Below, one piece after another: positions 41,789-49,654 of a stretch of 64,000 nt of DNA. The position numbers and the translations under genes were made by a program. The notes beneath the pieces were generated by a model that saw only the letters and a list, made by a program, of their open reading frames with translations, made no database searches and was not told the DNA's origin. Source of the DNA: an uncultured Rhodospirillaceae bacterium (GTDB taxonomy: Bacteria; Pseudomonadota; Alphaproteobacteria; Rhodospirillales; UBA2165); NCBI GenBank assembly GCA_913020445.1, contig CAJWAR010000004.1, positions 21,608-85,607 on the forward strand, given 5' to 3'. The first letter of the stretch is position 1, and every line of letters starts with the position of its first letter.

Positions 41789-42330
41789 CGAATAAAGGCT
41801 TCCGTTTTTGGATCACTTAACAGACGTACCAAATCTGCATCCCGGTCGGCAATGATTTGCGCCACACCGTCACGGATTTTAGGCAGCGGGAAACGGCTGC
41901 AATTGGCTTCAACATCACACACCACCAACGTCGTTGGCGTGACCTTCTCGTTGCCCGAAAGCTCGACAATCACATATACCTGGTTTGGCTCAGCCCGGGA
42001 TGGCTCCATTCGAATACGGCAGCCTTTGCCTTCGCGGGACAAAATATCGTCGGACTTTTTCGCTGAACTGGCCGCCATCGCTTCCGGTACATAATAGACC
42101 GCATTTTTCTCCAGCATGTCGCGATAGATCCGGCGCAAAGCCAAGTTTTCGCCCAAGGCTTTCTCAACAGTTTCGTTTTCCGCACCATTGGCATAAGCAA
42201 ACAAGGCCGACGGCGAAACAGATGATAGTTTTTCACTTGAGCTCAATAATTCATCGATCTGCGACAATTCAGAAAATTTTTGTTTTGCCGCTTGAAGTTT
42301 TTCATCACCTGGAATTTTATAATCACTCAT
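41785..42330 (-). CDS. Cytoplasmic hypothetical protein (181 aa)
   Basis: ATGA overlap with the upstream gene. No signal peptide and no recognisable motif. Confidence 0.55.
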   Translation of the reverse strand: MSDYKIPGDEKLQAAKQKFSELSQIDELLSSSEKLSSVSPSALFAYANGAENETVEKALGENLALRRIYRDMLEKNAVYYVPEAMAASSAKKSDDILSREGKGCRIRMEPSRAEPNQVYVIVELSGNEKVTPTTLVVCDVEANCSRFPLPKIRDGVAQIIADRDADLVRLLSDPKTEAFIR

Positions 42331-43970
42331 TGGACGTCTCCATAGAGCAGATTAAACTGATTGCTAAAGACCTGTTTGTCTTGATCAAACTTGCTGTTGA
42401 GGTCTTCACCGTCTTTATCCAGCGCCGCCATGCGCGTCAAAAATGTTTCGAGTTGGCCCGATATACTCAGCAGCGCCCCGGCACCCATCCGGAACCCCTC
42501 AATGCCGTCGGGATCTTCAAGCATATCTTCATTAAACCCTTTCCGGGTAAGTTTGCTAAAAGCGTCTACGGCATCTGCCATGAAATCGGAACTCATCTCG
42601 ATGTCGTCCAGATTGTCATTATGGCGGGCTGCTTCAAAAACGCTATCTGGATTTTGCGCGCCAAAGGCGACAATATTATCACCCAAATCAGCCGCATCCT
42701 GTCCGGCGAGAACAAAGTATGTCGCCTTTTGCAATTGACGGACATGGGCCAGGATCGTTTGAAACTGCTCGCGTTTATCATCGTAAGCCATCGCATCACG
42801 GCAATCGAGGCGTTGGCGAACCGAAGTTTCGCCGCGCTTGACCTGCAAATCAGTTGTTATCGCAGTTTGGATCGAGCCAAAGACCTCCAATTGCATGAAG
42901 GAGCGCGGCAAACGGCCGGCATAGGGCCCGTATTGCATCAACGCTTCGATGGGTTTGCGCTCACCTTCTTTTTTAAAGAATTTAATTTGATTAGCGGGCT
43001 CTGCATCGAGAATATTCAACGGTGATTGCCAATCGCCTAAACCATCCAGGCCGTCACTTTGATCGTCGGGCTCAATTTCCTGAGCCTCAAAATCAGTGCC
43101 GATTATGGCGGCATTTTCAATGGTGTCCTGCTGGTCAGCTTCTTCCAGGGCGCGCATGAAGTTAACAAAGCCATCGAACACGGTCTTATAGGCGCGAAAT
43201 TCGCCAACCGTGGAAAACTCCAGCCAGAAATCCAAAACTGCCGGATCATCAATACAAATTTGCCCATCTCTTTCTCCGGCATTTTCCCGAGCTTTGAGAA
43301 AACCGAAAATCCGGTCAAATTTTTCGTCATGCTGAGCCCGGGTTAAATGTTCCCGGCGGTATTTTCTGAGCCGTGCCGATATTCTGTTACTGGCGGTTTT
43401 GATCGCTTCAAGATCAATTGACGCTTGCGACAAGTCATCGAAAATCTCATTAAGTTCGGTATAGAAGTCATAGTTATCCAAACCGGTGAGAAATTCATAA
43501 AGCGCCGCCAAAAACGGCATGCGGCCAAAGCGCACTTCAAAGCCATCATCGTCATAGTAAACGCCAATGCCATTTTCGGTGCGCTCGAAACCCGGTTTCA
43601 GCCAGTCACCAAACTCAAGCTTTTCATCAAGGGCGGCGCGATAGACCGCCGGCAGTGCTTTTTCAACACCGAGAAAAAATAAAGCGCGTTCGTCACTGCC
43701 GCCCTCGCTCAACGCATCAATGGCGCTGACCAGATGGCAAAGCTCAAAAATCGGGGCATCTTTGTGTGGCCCGCCGGCGGAACCGACAATGAACTTGGCC
43801 AGCCACACCATCACCGGGGCGTGGCTGTATTTAGTGCTGCCGTCAGATGCCGTCGCTTCGCCAATTGCCTTAAAATCGGCCAATAAGGGGCCGGAAGCCC
43901 CTGACCGGGTAATTGTCGAAACTGCATCATCCATCTGGTCATTACTCGTAATAATAGTCTGGGTTTCCAT
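42327..43970 (-). CDS. Cytoplasmic acidic hypothetical protein (about 547 aa)
   Basis: Long ORF with no TM, no Walker A and no motif I recognise. ATG 43970 (METQT) follows AGGA; TTG 43997 is an alternative start. Confidence 0.6.
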   Translation of the reverse strand: METQTIITSNDQMDDAVSTITRSGASGPLLADFKAIGEATASDGSTKYSHAPVMVWLAKFIVGSAGGPHKDAPIFELCHLVSAIDALSEGGSDERALFFLGVEKALPAVYRAALDEKLEFGDWLKPGFERTENGIGVYYDDDGFEVRFGRMPFLAALYEFLTGLDNYDFYTELNEIFDDLSQASIDLEAIKTASNRISARLRKYRREHLTRAQHDEKFDRIFGFLKARENAGERDGQICIDDPAVLDFWLEFSTVGEFRAYKTVFDGFVNFMRALEEADQQDTIENAAIIGTDFEAQEIEPDDQSDGLDGLGDWQSPLNILDAEPANQIKFFKKEGERKPIEALMQYGPYAGRLPRSFMQLEVFGSIQTAITTDLQVKRGETSVRQRLDCRDAMAYDDKREQFQTILAHVRQLQKATYFVLAGQDAADLGDNIVAFGAQNPDSVFEAARHNDNLDDIEMSSDFMADAVDAFSKLTRKGFNEDMLEDPDGIEGFRMGAGALLSISGQLETFLTRMAALDKDGEDLNSKFDQDKQVFSNQFNLLYGDVQ

Positions 43971-44018
43971 TTTTCGTTTTATCCTGTTTAAGTTCAACCC
44001 TAAATGTCGTTCTGATGC

Positions 44019-45020
44019 TTAACCGTTGCGCCAATAATTGCGGCGTCGGGGAGAGGATGAAAAGTCGTCAAGCGTGTGAGCGGCTCTAAGACGGCGGTCT
44101 TCCAGCGTTGAATTGCTATTCGCATAACGGTCATATCGCCAAGGGCGATAAGAACGATCCCGCCGATATCTCCGACCTCTGTTATTTCTTCCAGAAATCC
44201 ATGAGGTCCGAATGCGAGTATTAGATCCTGCGTAACGGAGATCGAAACGACCATTAAAGTAAGAACTAAACTGATCATACTCCCGCCAGGCTGCTTTCTG
44301 TCCGGATTTGCGGCAAGGTCTGTCGAAATCATTCCAAGCGTAATCACGGCCTCTATTGCGCCCAAAACGATTCCAGCGCCGGTTCTGATTCAGGGGGACC
44401 CAGCGGTCATTGTCGCGATTATCCTTTTCGTCATCCCAGCGAACTCGTGGCTGATCGTTGCTGCGCTTTTTCCAGCGCTGCTCCCATTTGTCGCCTTTAT
44501 CGTCGTCATTAAAGGCGATGGCCCAAACTTTGTTCTGTTCGGCATAGCGCTGCTGCCAGCGTTGCACCAGGCGCACATAGGATTTGGTAAATTCATGGGG
44601 TTCGGCGTTGCTGCCCTTACCCTTCAAGGTGCCGCCATTGTAATGCGAAAGTGCCAGCTCCCAATTGCCACCATATTGGCGGCGCAGTTTGGCCAGATAG
44701 TCGATGCCAAGCTGAATGTTAAGCCGGGCCTGCCAAAGCTCGTCTTTATCAACACCGAATTCATCCTTGGCGGTTTTCGGCATTAACTGCATGACACCAC
44801 GCGCCCCTGCCGTGCTCAGCGCGGTTGGATTAAAATCCGATTCGACTTTAGCCACAGCCAGCGCCAAAGCCGGCGGCACCGAAGAGTTTTGTGCTTCTTC
44901 GACAACTATTTTTTTTATTTCAGCGCGCGACACAGCGAGCGCCGGATTGATAATGGCAATAATCGCAATTGCGGCGATAAGGCCAGCAAGACTAAGTCTC
45001 AGAAAGTTTTGCAATGTCAT
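44019..45020 (-). CDS. SLT-family lytic transglycosylase with a long Arg/Trp/Asp/Asn-rich C-terminal tail
   Basis: Signal/anchor LSLAGLIAAIAIIAIINPALA. SLT core ALALAVAKVESDFNP...GARGVMQLMP...YNGG. The tail of roughly 180-190 aa is low-complexity (RWKKRSNDQPRVRWDDEKDNRDNDRW...RRYRRDRSYRPWRYDRY). Confidence 0.8.
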   Translation of the reverse strand: MTLQNFLRLSLAGLIAAIAIIAIINPALAVSRAEIKKIVVEEAQNSSVPPALALAVAKVESDFNPTALSTAGARGVMQLMPKTAKDEFGVDKDELWQARLNIQLGIDYLAKLRRQYGGNWELALSHYNGGTLKGKGSNAEPHEFTKSYVRLVQRWQQRYAEQNKVWAIAFNDDDKGDKWEQRWKKRSNDQPRVRWDDEKDNRDNDRWVPLNQNRRWNRFGRNRGRDYAWNDFDRPCRKSGQKAAWREYDQFSSYFNGRFDLRYAGSNTRIRTSWISGRNNRGRRYRRDRSYRPWRYDRYANSNSTLEDRRLRAAHTLDDFSSSPRRRNYWRNG

Positions 45021-45466
45021 TTTATTTTCTCCTTTAATGTCATTAGCCAGGCGTCGTTCAGGGTTGTGACAATCAAATTTGCATTGCCGAACCGGTCCCG
45101 AACCGAGATTGCCTGCCGCAAAGGTAATTCCGGCGCGACGGCCAGAAATTGAATTTTCTCGGATTGAAGTTGATGTGACGCCAAGGGGTTGAGGCCGGCA
45201 TCATAGAGTTGGCCTTTGTAAAAAACTGCCATTTTCTCCGGTTGGATGGCCGTTACACTGCCGCTCTTCCCATCTTGTGATTTCGTCGAACTGGCTCGCT
45301 TGATTGAAACGCCCGAAATATCGAGCAACACGTCTGCAGTCTTTTTGATCTTCCCAACCGTTCCGGTGCTCATCGACACCATGGTCAACACCATCAAGCT
45401 GAAAAACGCCATTGATAGCGCCAGAGCAATTTCAACCAGGGCATTATTTTCTGAACCAGAAGGCAT
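45017..45466 (-). CDS. MotB/ExbD/TolR-like single-TM protein (tentative); first gene of cluster operon B
   Basis: I prefer ATG 45466 (MPSGSENN); the track ORF start at 45610 would bury motif copy 3. The TM NALVEIALALSMAFFSLMVL has an acidic residue near its cytoplasmic end, as in stator/ExbD proteins. A periplasmic domain of about 100 aa follows. Confidence 0.45.
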   Translation of the reverse strand: MPSGSENNALVEIALALSMAFFSLMVLTMVSMSTGTVGKIKKTADVLLDISGVSIKRASSTKSQDGKSGSVTAIQPEKMAVFYKGQLYDAGLNPLASHQLQSEKIQFLAVAPELPLRQAISVRDRFGNANLIVTTLNDAWLMTLKEKIK

Positions 45467-45507
45467 GTCGCTATTTTCCCACTCGCGATGATTAACTGAT
45501 GCCTTAT

Positions 45508-45533
45508 CTATGCGGGGCCCAGAGCAGGTTTTT
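45508..45533 (-). promoter_or_regulatory. Cluster motif copy 3, upstream of operon B
   Basis: Coding-strand sequence AAAAACCTGCTCTGGGCCCCGCATAG ends 41 nt before ATG 45466. Confidence 0.5.
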
Positions 45534-45586
45534 CGCCGGCGGCGAAGAAAAATTGCATTTTTATAAAATTTTTTTTGAGTGCGGAG

Positions 45587-45612
45587 AAAAAACGCCTCTC
45601 GCCACGCCATAG
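45587..45612 (+). promoter_or_regulatory. Cluster motif copy 5, upstream of the S1 protease gene and divergent from copy 3
   Basis: AAAAAACGCCTCTCGCCACGCCATAG ends 54 nt before ATG 45667. Confidence 0.5.
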
Positions 45613-45666
45613 CTCCTCACAAGCGCCTTTCGAGGGGTGCACAACAATCTTATGTGAGGTACAGAA

Positions 45667-46506
45667 ATGACTAATTTTAAAAAGGTGGCTGCGGCCACAC
45701 TAACGGGCGCCGTTGTTTTAATGAGTGGTACTGGGGTAAAGGCAGGAGGGTCTGGAACAGGATTTTTTGTTAACCCCAACGGATACATCGTCACCAACAA
45801 CCACGTCGCCATCGGAACTCTGCGATTTAAAGATGGTACGCAAATTCCATTTCCCTGCCGATCTATCACAGCCAAAATCGGACACACTACTTACCGGGCA
45901 AAACTGTTAGCAAGAGACAAACAAAACGATTTGGCACTTCTGAAAATTGATCTAGGAGAACAAAAACAACGGCACTTTGTTGCTTTGAAGTCAAATCAAT
46001 CGGTCAACGGCTGGACGAACCTTGGTGGCGTTTTAGGTCTACAAACCGGGATTAGCAATGGCCACAATAGAATATCCAATTCATCTTTCAGCTATGTTCG
46101 ATTAGCGAAGAATCAGGTCACCCACGGTGACATTGTTCATGTATTCGGCTACCCACTCGGAAATTTCATTTCTTCCCAAATGAAAATTGCGACGGGAGCG
46201 GTAAATGCAACCATGGGATTTGACGATAACTCCAGTAGATTTCAACATGACGCTGCCGCCTATCCCGGGAACAGCGGCAGCCCCGTAATGGATAAGGCCG
46301 GTAATCTCGTTGGTGTTCATGTCTCGGGAGCTGGAATTAACACCAGGCTTAAATTTGCCATTAAAGGAAATGTCTTGAAGGAATTCCTGAAGCTTAATGA
46401 TGTGCCGTTTGACGAAGTTCAAAATGACACACCGGTTTCCGCTCAGGAATTATACCGACAAGCCAAACACTATATCACCTACATGAATTGTTACGACTAC
46501 CATTAA
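45667..46506 (+). CDS. Secreted trypsin-like (S1) serine protease
   Basis: Signal peptide ...GTGVKA. Triad contexts TNNHV, NDLALLKI and GNSGSPV. Confidence 0.8.
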   Translation: MTNFKKVAAATLTGAVVLMSGTGVKAGGSGTGFFVNPNGYIVTNNHVAIGTLRFKDGTQIPFPCRSITAKIGHTTYRAKLLARDKQNDLALLKIDLGEQKQRHFVALKSNQSVNGWTNLGGVLGLQTGISNGHNRISNSSFSYVRLAKNQVTHGDIVHVFGYPLGNFISSQMKIATGAVNATMGFDDNSSRFQHDAAAYPGNSGSPVMDKAGNLVGVHVSGAGINTRLKFAIKGNVLKEFLKLNDVPFDEVQNDTPVSAQELYRQAKHYITYMNCYDYH

Positions 46507-46531
46507 CGTCTTCAACCCCTCCTTTTCCTAG

Positions 46532-46565
46532 CCCCGCCCACTTCAACGAGTGCGGCGGGGTTTTT
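46532..46565 (+). terminator. Rho-independent terminator after the protease gene
   Basis: CCCCGCCCAC / GTGCGGCGGGG stem followed by TTTTT. Confidence 0.7.
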
Positions 46566-46645
46566 CTGTGCCGTTTTTTCACCACTTTTTTGGGCTAAAT
46601 TTGGCAAAAATGTGCATAACAGGTAATATTTTTCAAGTTCTTCAG

Positions 46646-46671
46646 AAAAACGGCCTCTGGGCCCGGCATAT
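46646..46671 (+). promoter_or_regulatory. Cluster motif copy 4, upstream of 46723-47613
   Basis: AAAAACGGCCTCTGGGCCCGGCATAT ends 51 nt before ATG 46723. Confidence 0.5.
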
Positions 46672-46722
46672 CGAGGTTAGGTAATCGATCTTTATTGTTT
46701 TAAAAGTTAGGGAGTAACCTCG

Positions 46723-47613
46723 ATGAAACGCATTTTTACTATTTTAATCGCTGCCTTGACCATCACGTCCGGCACCATCTTTAACAACCCGGCACTTGCC
46801 GCAGAACAACCTAATATTATGATTATGGGCGAAGATGGCGACCGGGATTCGGTGCCGCGCAACAGCCGCGTTTTTAAACGCGTTTTGAATGCACTCGCTA
46901 ATCAACTGCATGATGAAGGCTTTGACGTCTTTGATGAAACGGCGCTGACATTGGATAATTATGTGCAAGGCCGGATCCGGCGCTCTGATGACGAAATTAT
47001 CGATATTGCCCGCTCTGTTGACCGGCCGCCGATCGATGTCGCTGTCATTTTCGGCATTTATGCCAGTTCCAATCGCACCAGCTACACCACCAAAATCCGC
47101 ACCCGCATCGAAGGCCGTATGTTGAACGTTCGATCCGGCCAGCGGCTCGGCAATTTTGAAGTGGATATCCCCCGCGCCTTCAATGCGCCGCACGATTGCA
47201 ACCGGGAATGTTTGCTTGAAACAGTGGGCCGCAAGGCACGCAGTCTGTCCCAAGACCTTGGCGCCGTGCTGACTGAAAAATTAGCGTATATGGTTGATCG
47301 TGGCCGCCGCTTCGCGTCTGAAAATCGCAACAGTTATCTACCTACAGCCTACCGCCTCGCCTTTAGTGGCTTCAATGAAGACGATATTGACGGCATTGAA
47401 GAGTATATCGTCGCCTTCAAAGGCTATATCCATCATCGCCCAACCAATACATCTAAACGTCATGCCGATTATTGGTATGAAACCGATAGCGGCAGCGCCC
47501 GGCTCAATCGTAATTTGCGCCGCATGCTCGATCATTTAGGCGTGCGCGGCAGAGTGTCCTTTGCCGGCAATACATTCAATGTCGACAAAATCACCTTTAG
47601 AAGCCGCCGGTAA
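46723..47613 (+). CDS. Exported hypothetical protein
   Basis: AGGGAG RBS. Signal peptide ...NNPALA. The two-domain look is reminiscent of LpoB/FlgT-type periplasmic proteins, which is only an impression. Confidence 0.6.
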   Translation: MKRIFTILIAALTITSGTIFNNPALAAEQPNIMIMGEDGDRDSVPRNSRVFKRVLNALANQLHDEGFDVFDETALTLDNYVQGRIRRSDDEIIDIARSVDRPPIDVAVIFGIYASSNRTSYTTKIRTRIEGRMLNVRSGQRLGNFEVDIPRAFNAPHDCNRECLLETVGRKARSLSQDLGAVLTEKLAYMVDRGRRFASENRNSYLPTAYRLAFSGFNEDDIDGIEEYIVAFKGYIHHRPTNTSKRHADYWYETDSGSARLNRNLRRMLDHLGVRGRVSFAGNTFNVDKITFRSRR

Positions 47614-47635
47614 TAAATTAATATTTTCAGAATAA

Positions 47636-47667
47636 AAGGCGGTGCCGTTTTTAGCATCGCCTTTTTT
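47636..47667. terminator. Bidirectional terminator between convergent genes
   Basis: 10-bp stem AAGGCGGTGC/GCATCGCCTT (one G-U pair) with an 8-nt loop and a T-run. An A-run lies on the other side. Confidence 0.7.
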
Positions 47668-48901
47668 ATAGTCGCAAGACGTCGCCTTCTTTAGGCGCGA
47701 AGCAATTAGTTGAAGACTTTCGTTTTTTCAACTCCGCCTGAGCCAGTTTGAATTTTTTATCGATAGCTTTGTCGTCTTGGTCGGGATCATGATGAAAGAG
47801 ATATAAATTTTTTACCTCTGCCCGATCAGCCAGATCAACAACTTGGCTAACACAGGAATGCCCCCACCCCACTTTGGTCTCATATTCATCATTCATGTAG
47901 GTACAATCTGTGATCAATGTTTCAGTACCACGAACAAAATCCGCAAGCTTTTCAACATAGCTTGGATTGTGAGAGGGATCGCTTTCTAGGAAAAGTTCAT
48001 TATCGGTGATATAGCAGATCGAGCGTCCATGATATTCGATCCGGTAGCCGAGACAATATCCCGGATGGCTCAACAGCATGGTTTTAACGACAATGTCGCC
48101 GAATTCGATGGTCTCCTCGCGTAGGTCACGGAAATATACCCGCGAGGCAAATTCTTTAAGGGTGATCGGAAAATAAACGCCATCCATTTGAGCTGAGATC
48201 AATTCCCGCATACTGCGATCGGCATTGGCGGCGCCCAGGATTTCGAACTCGTTGCCCTGTATATAGAGCGGCACAAAAAACGGCAGCGCGTTGATATGAT
48301 CCCAATGCGGATGCGAAATAAAAATCTTGGCTTCAATATTAGCCCGGCTACTGGCAAGCAAGTGGTTGGAAAGTTCTTTGATACCCGACCCGGCATCAAA
48401 AATGAAAAAGTCGCCGCGGACAAATTCCATGGAAACACATGACGTGTTGCCACCGTACCTCAAGGAGCGTTCTCCCGCTACCGGCAGCGTGCCGCGAACA
48501 CCCCAAAAAGCCAGCGTAATATTATCTTCGAGTATCTCCGACAGTGCCAGAATAAAAGATTTAGCATCGATGGGTTTATTGATGAACCCATCCGCACCCA
48601 ATTCAAACGCCCGTTTTCTATCAAATTCATAGGTCTTGGCTGAAACGATTACGATTTTCAGAGCCGGAATATTCTTATTGGTTTTAATCTCATGACACAG
48701 TTCCAGGCCATCTTTGCCAGGCATCATAATATCGATTAAAACACAGTCGGGTTTTTCGTCCTCGATTCGGGACATCGCTGCATCACTCGACGTTTCACTA
48801 ATTACGTCATAGTTAGCTGCCGCTAAAATCGACGAGGCCAGTTTTACAAACCCGGCATCATCATCGACAACAAATATTTTTGCATTTTTTGTCATAGGCA
48901 A
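47666..48901 (-). CDS. Response regulator receiver fused to a metallo-beta-lactamase-fold hydrolase
   Basis: REC (FVVDDD, DCVLIDIMMPGKDG, SAKT...KP) followed by an MBL fold with SHPHWDH. Confidence 0.8.
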   Translation of the reverse strand: MPMTKNAKIFVVDDDAGFVKLASSILAAANYDVISETSSDAAMSRIEDEKPDCVLIDIMMPGKDGLELCHEIKTNKNIPALKIVIVSAKTYEFDRKRAFELGADGFINKPIDAKSFILALSEILEDNITLAFWGVRGTLPVAGERSLRYGGNTSCVSMEFVRGDFFIFDAGSGIKELSNHLLASSRANIEAKIFISHPHWDHINALPFFVPLYIQGNEFEILGAANADRSMRELISAQMDGVYFPITLKEFASRVYFRDLREETIEFGDIVVKTMLLSHPGYCLGYRIEYHGRSICYITDNELFLESDPSHNPSYVEKLADFVRGTETLITDCTYMNDEYETKVGWGHSCVSQVVDLADRAEVKNLYLFHHDPDQDDKAIDKKFKLAQAELKKRKSSTNCFAPKEGDVLRL

Positions 48902-48927
48902 CCCGTTGAGATGTCTTTGATTTTTAT

Positions 48928-49272
48928 CTAGGCTTTAGCCAAGCTTCGACAAGCAGCAATCAATTCTTCCAAATTTTTTTTATCTTCTGCAGAAGGAGCA
49001 GTTTCTGCATTTACCATAGCATCACAATTAACCTCGATTTCCGATCCTTTTTCCCCCATTTCGGTGAACCCAAATGTGCCGGCCGTGCCGGCCAGTTTGT
49101 GAGCATGAAAAGCAAGTTGCTCAAGACCGTCCTTGGAAGTCGCGAAGTCACTGCCCTGATTTATATCTTTAAACGCGCTCTCCAAGCTTTCGAAGCGGTC
49201 ATCCAATTGGGCGATATAGGACTGCTTCAATGCAGCAAGTTTTGCCTCCAGCTCAGCGGCCTTATCCATCAT
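48928..49272 (-). CDS. Hpt (histidine phosphotransfer) domain protein
   Basis: HAHKLAGTAGTFGF phosphorylatable-His motif. Start MMDKAAEL at 49272. Confidence 0.8.
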   Translation of the reverse strand: MMDKAAELEAKLAALKQSYIAQLDDRFESLESAFKDINQGSDFATSKDGLEQLAFHAHKLAGTAGTFGFTEMGEKGSEIEVNCDAMVNAETAPSAEDKKNLEELIAACRSLAKA

Positions 49273-49654
49273 GATGATCGTTCCAAACTTGGCGAATTTG
49301 GTCTGACAGAACCATGGGATCAAAGGGCTGCGCTATTATGCCAGCAGCCCCTAAGGAAATATACTGCTCACGATCACTTTCCATAACTTTGGCTGTCATA
49401 AAAATAATCGGGACATTTTCGTAGCCATCTAATTTGCGCACCTCCTGATAGGTCGTTGGTCCGTCCATCCCCGGCATCATCACATCTAGCAGAATCAGAT
49501 CGGGTGCAAAATCCGGCAAGGTTTCCAATGCTTCCTGTCCGGAACTGCACATCTGCACTTCGAACCGGCCAACCGTCTCCAAGGCCACTTTCGCCACCGC
49601 CTGTATGTCGGCCTCATCCTCAACACATAAAATTTTCTTTAATTCGATCGTCAT
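49262..49654 (-). CDS. CheY-like single-domain response regulator
   Basis: ILCVEDEADI, DLILLDVMMPGMDG and FMTAK motifs. Confidence 0.85.
   Translation of the reverse strand: MTIELKKILCVEDEADIQAVAKVALETVGRFEVQMCSSGQEALETLPDFAPDLILLDVMMPGMDGPTTYQEVRKLDGYENVPIIFMTAKVMESDREQYISLGAAGIIAQPFDPMVLSDQIRQVWNDHHDG

Noticed and set aside
41985-43025. 346-aa plus-strand ORF inside the cluster
   Set aside because: It lies entirely antisense to the translationally coupled minus-strand genes 41785-43970. Its protein looks like low-quality sequence, and it has no RBS or upstream motif.
45467-45610. N-terminal extension of the ExbD-like ORF (track start 45610)
   Set aside because: The extension would bury motif copy 3 inside the coding sequence. 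It encodes an implausible basic peptide. The internal ATG 45466 sits 41 nt from the motif, matching the 40-nt spacing at operon A.
37716-46671. Calling the shared motif a definite sigma-54 promoter
   Set aside because: Only copy 1 keeps both the GG and GC dinucleotides at the right spacing. Copies 2-4 lose GC, copy 5 loses GG, and no enhancer-binding protein is encoded nearby. I kept it as one hypothesis only.
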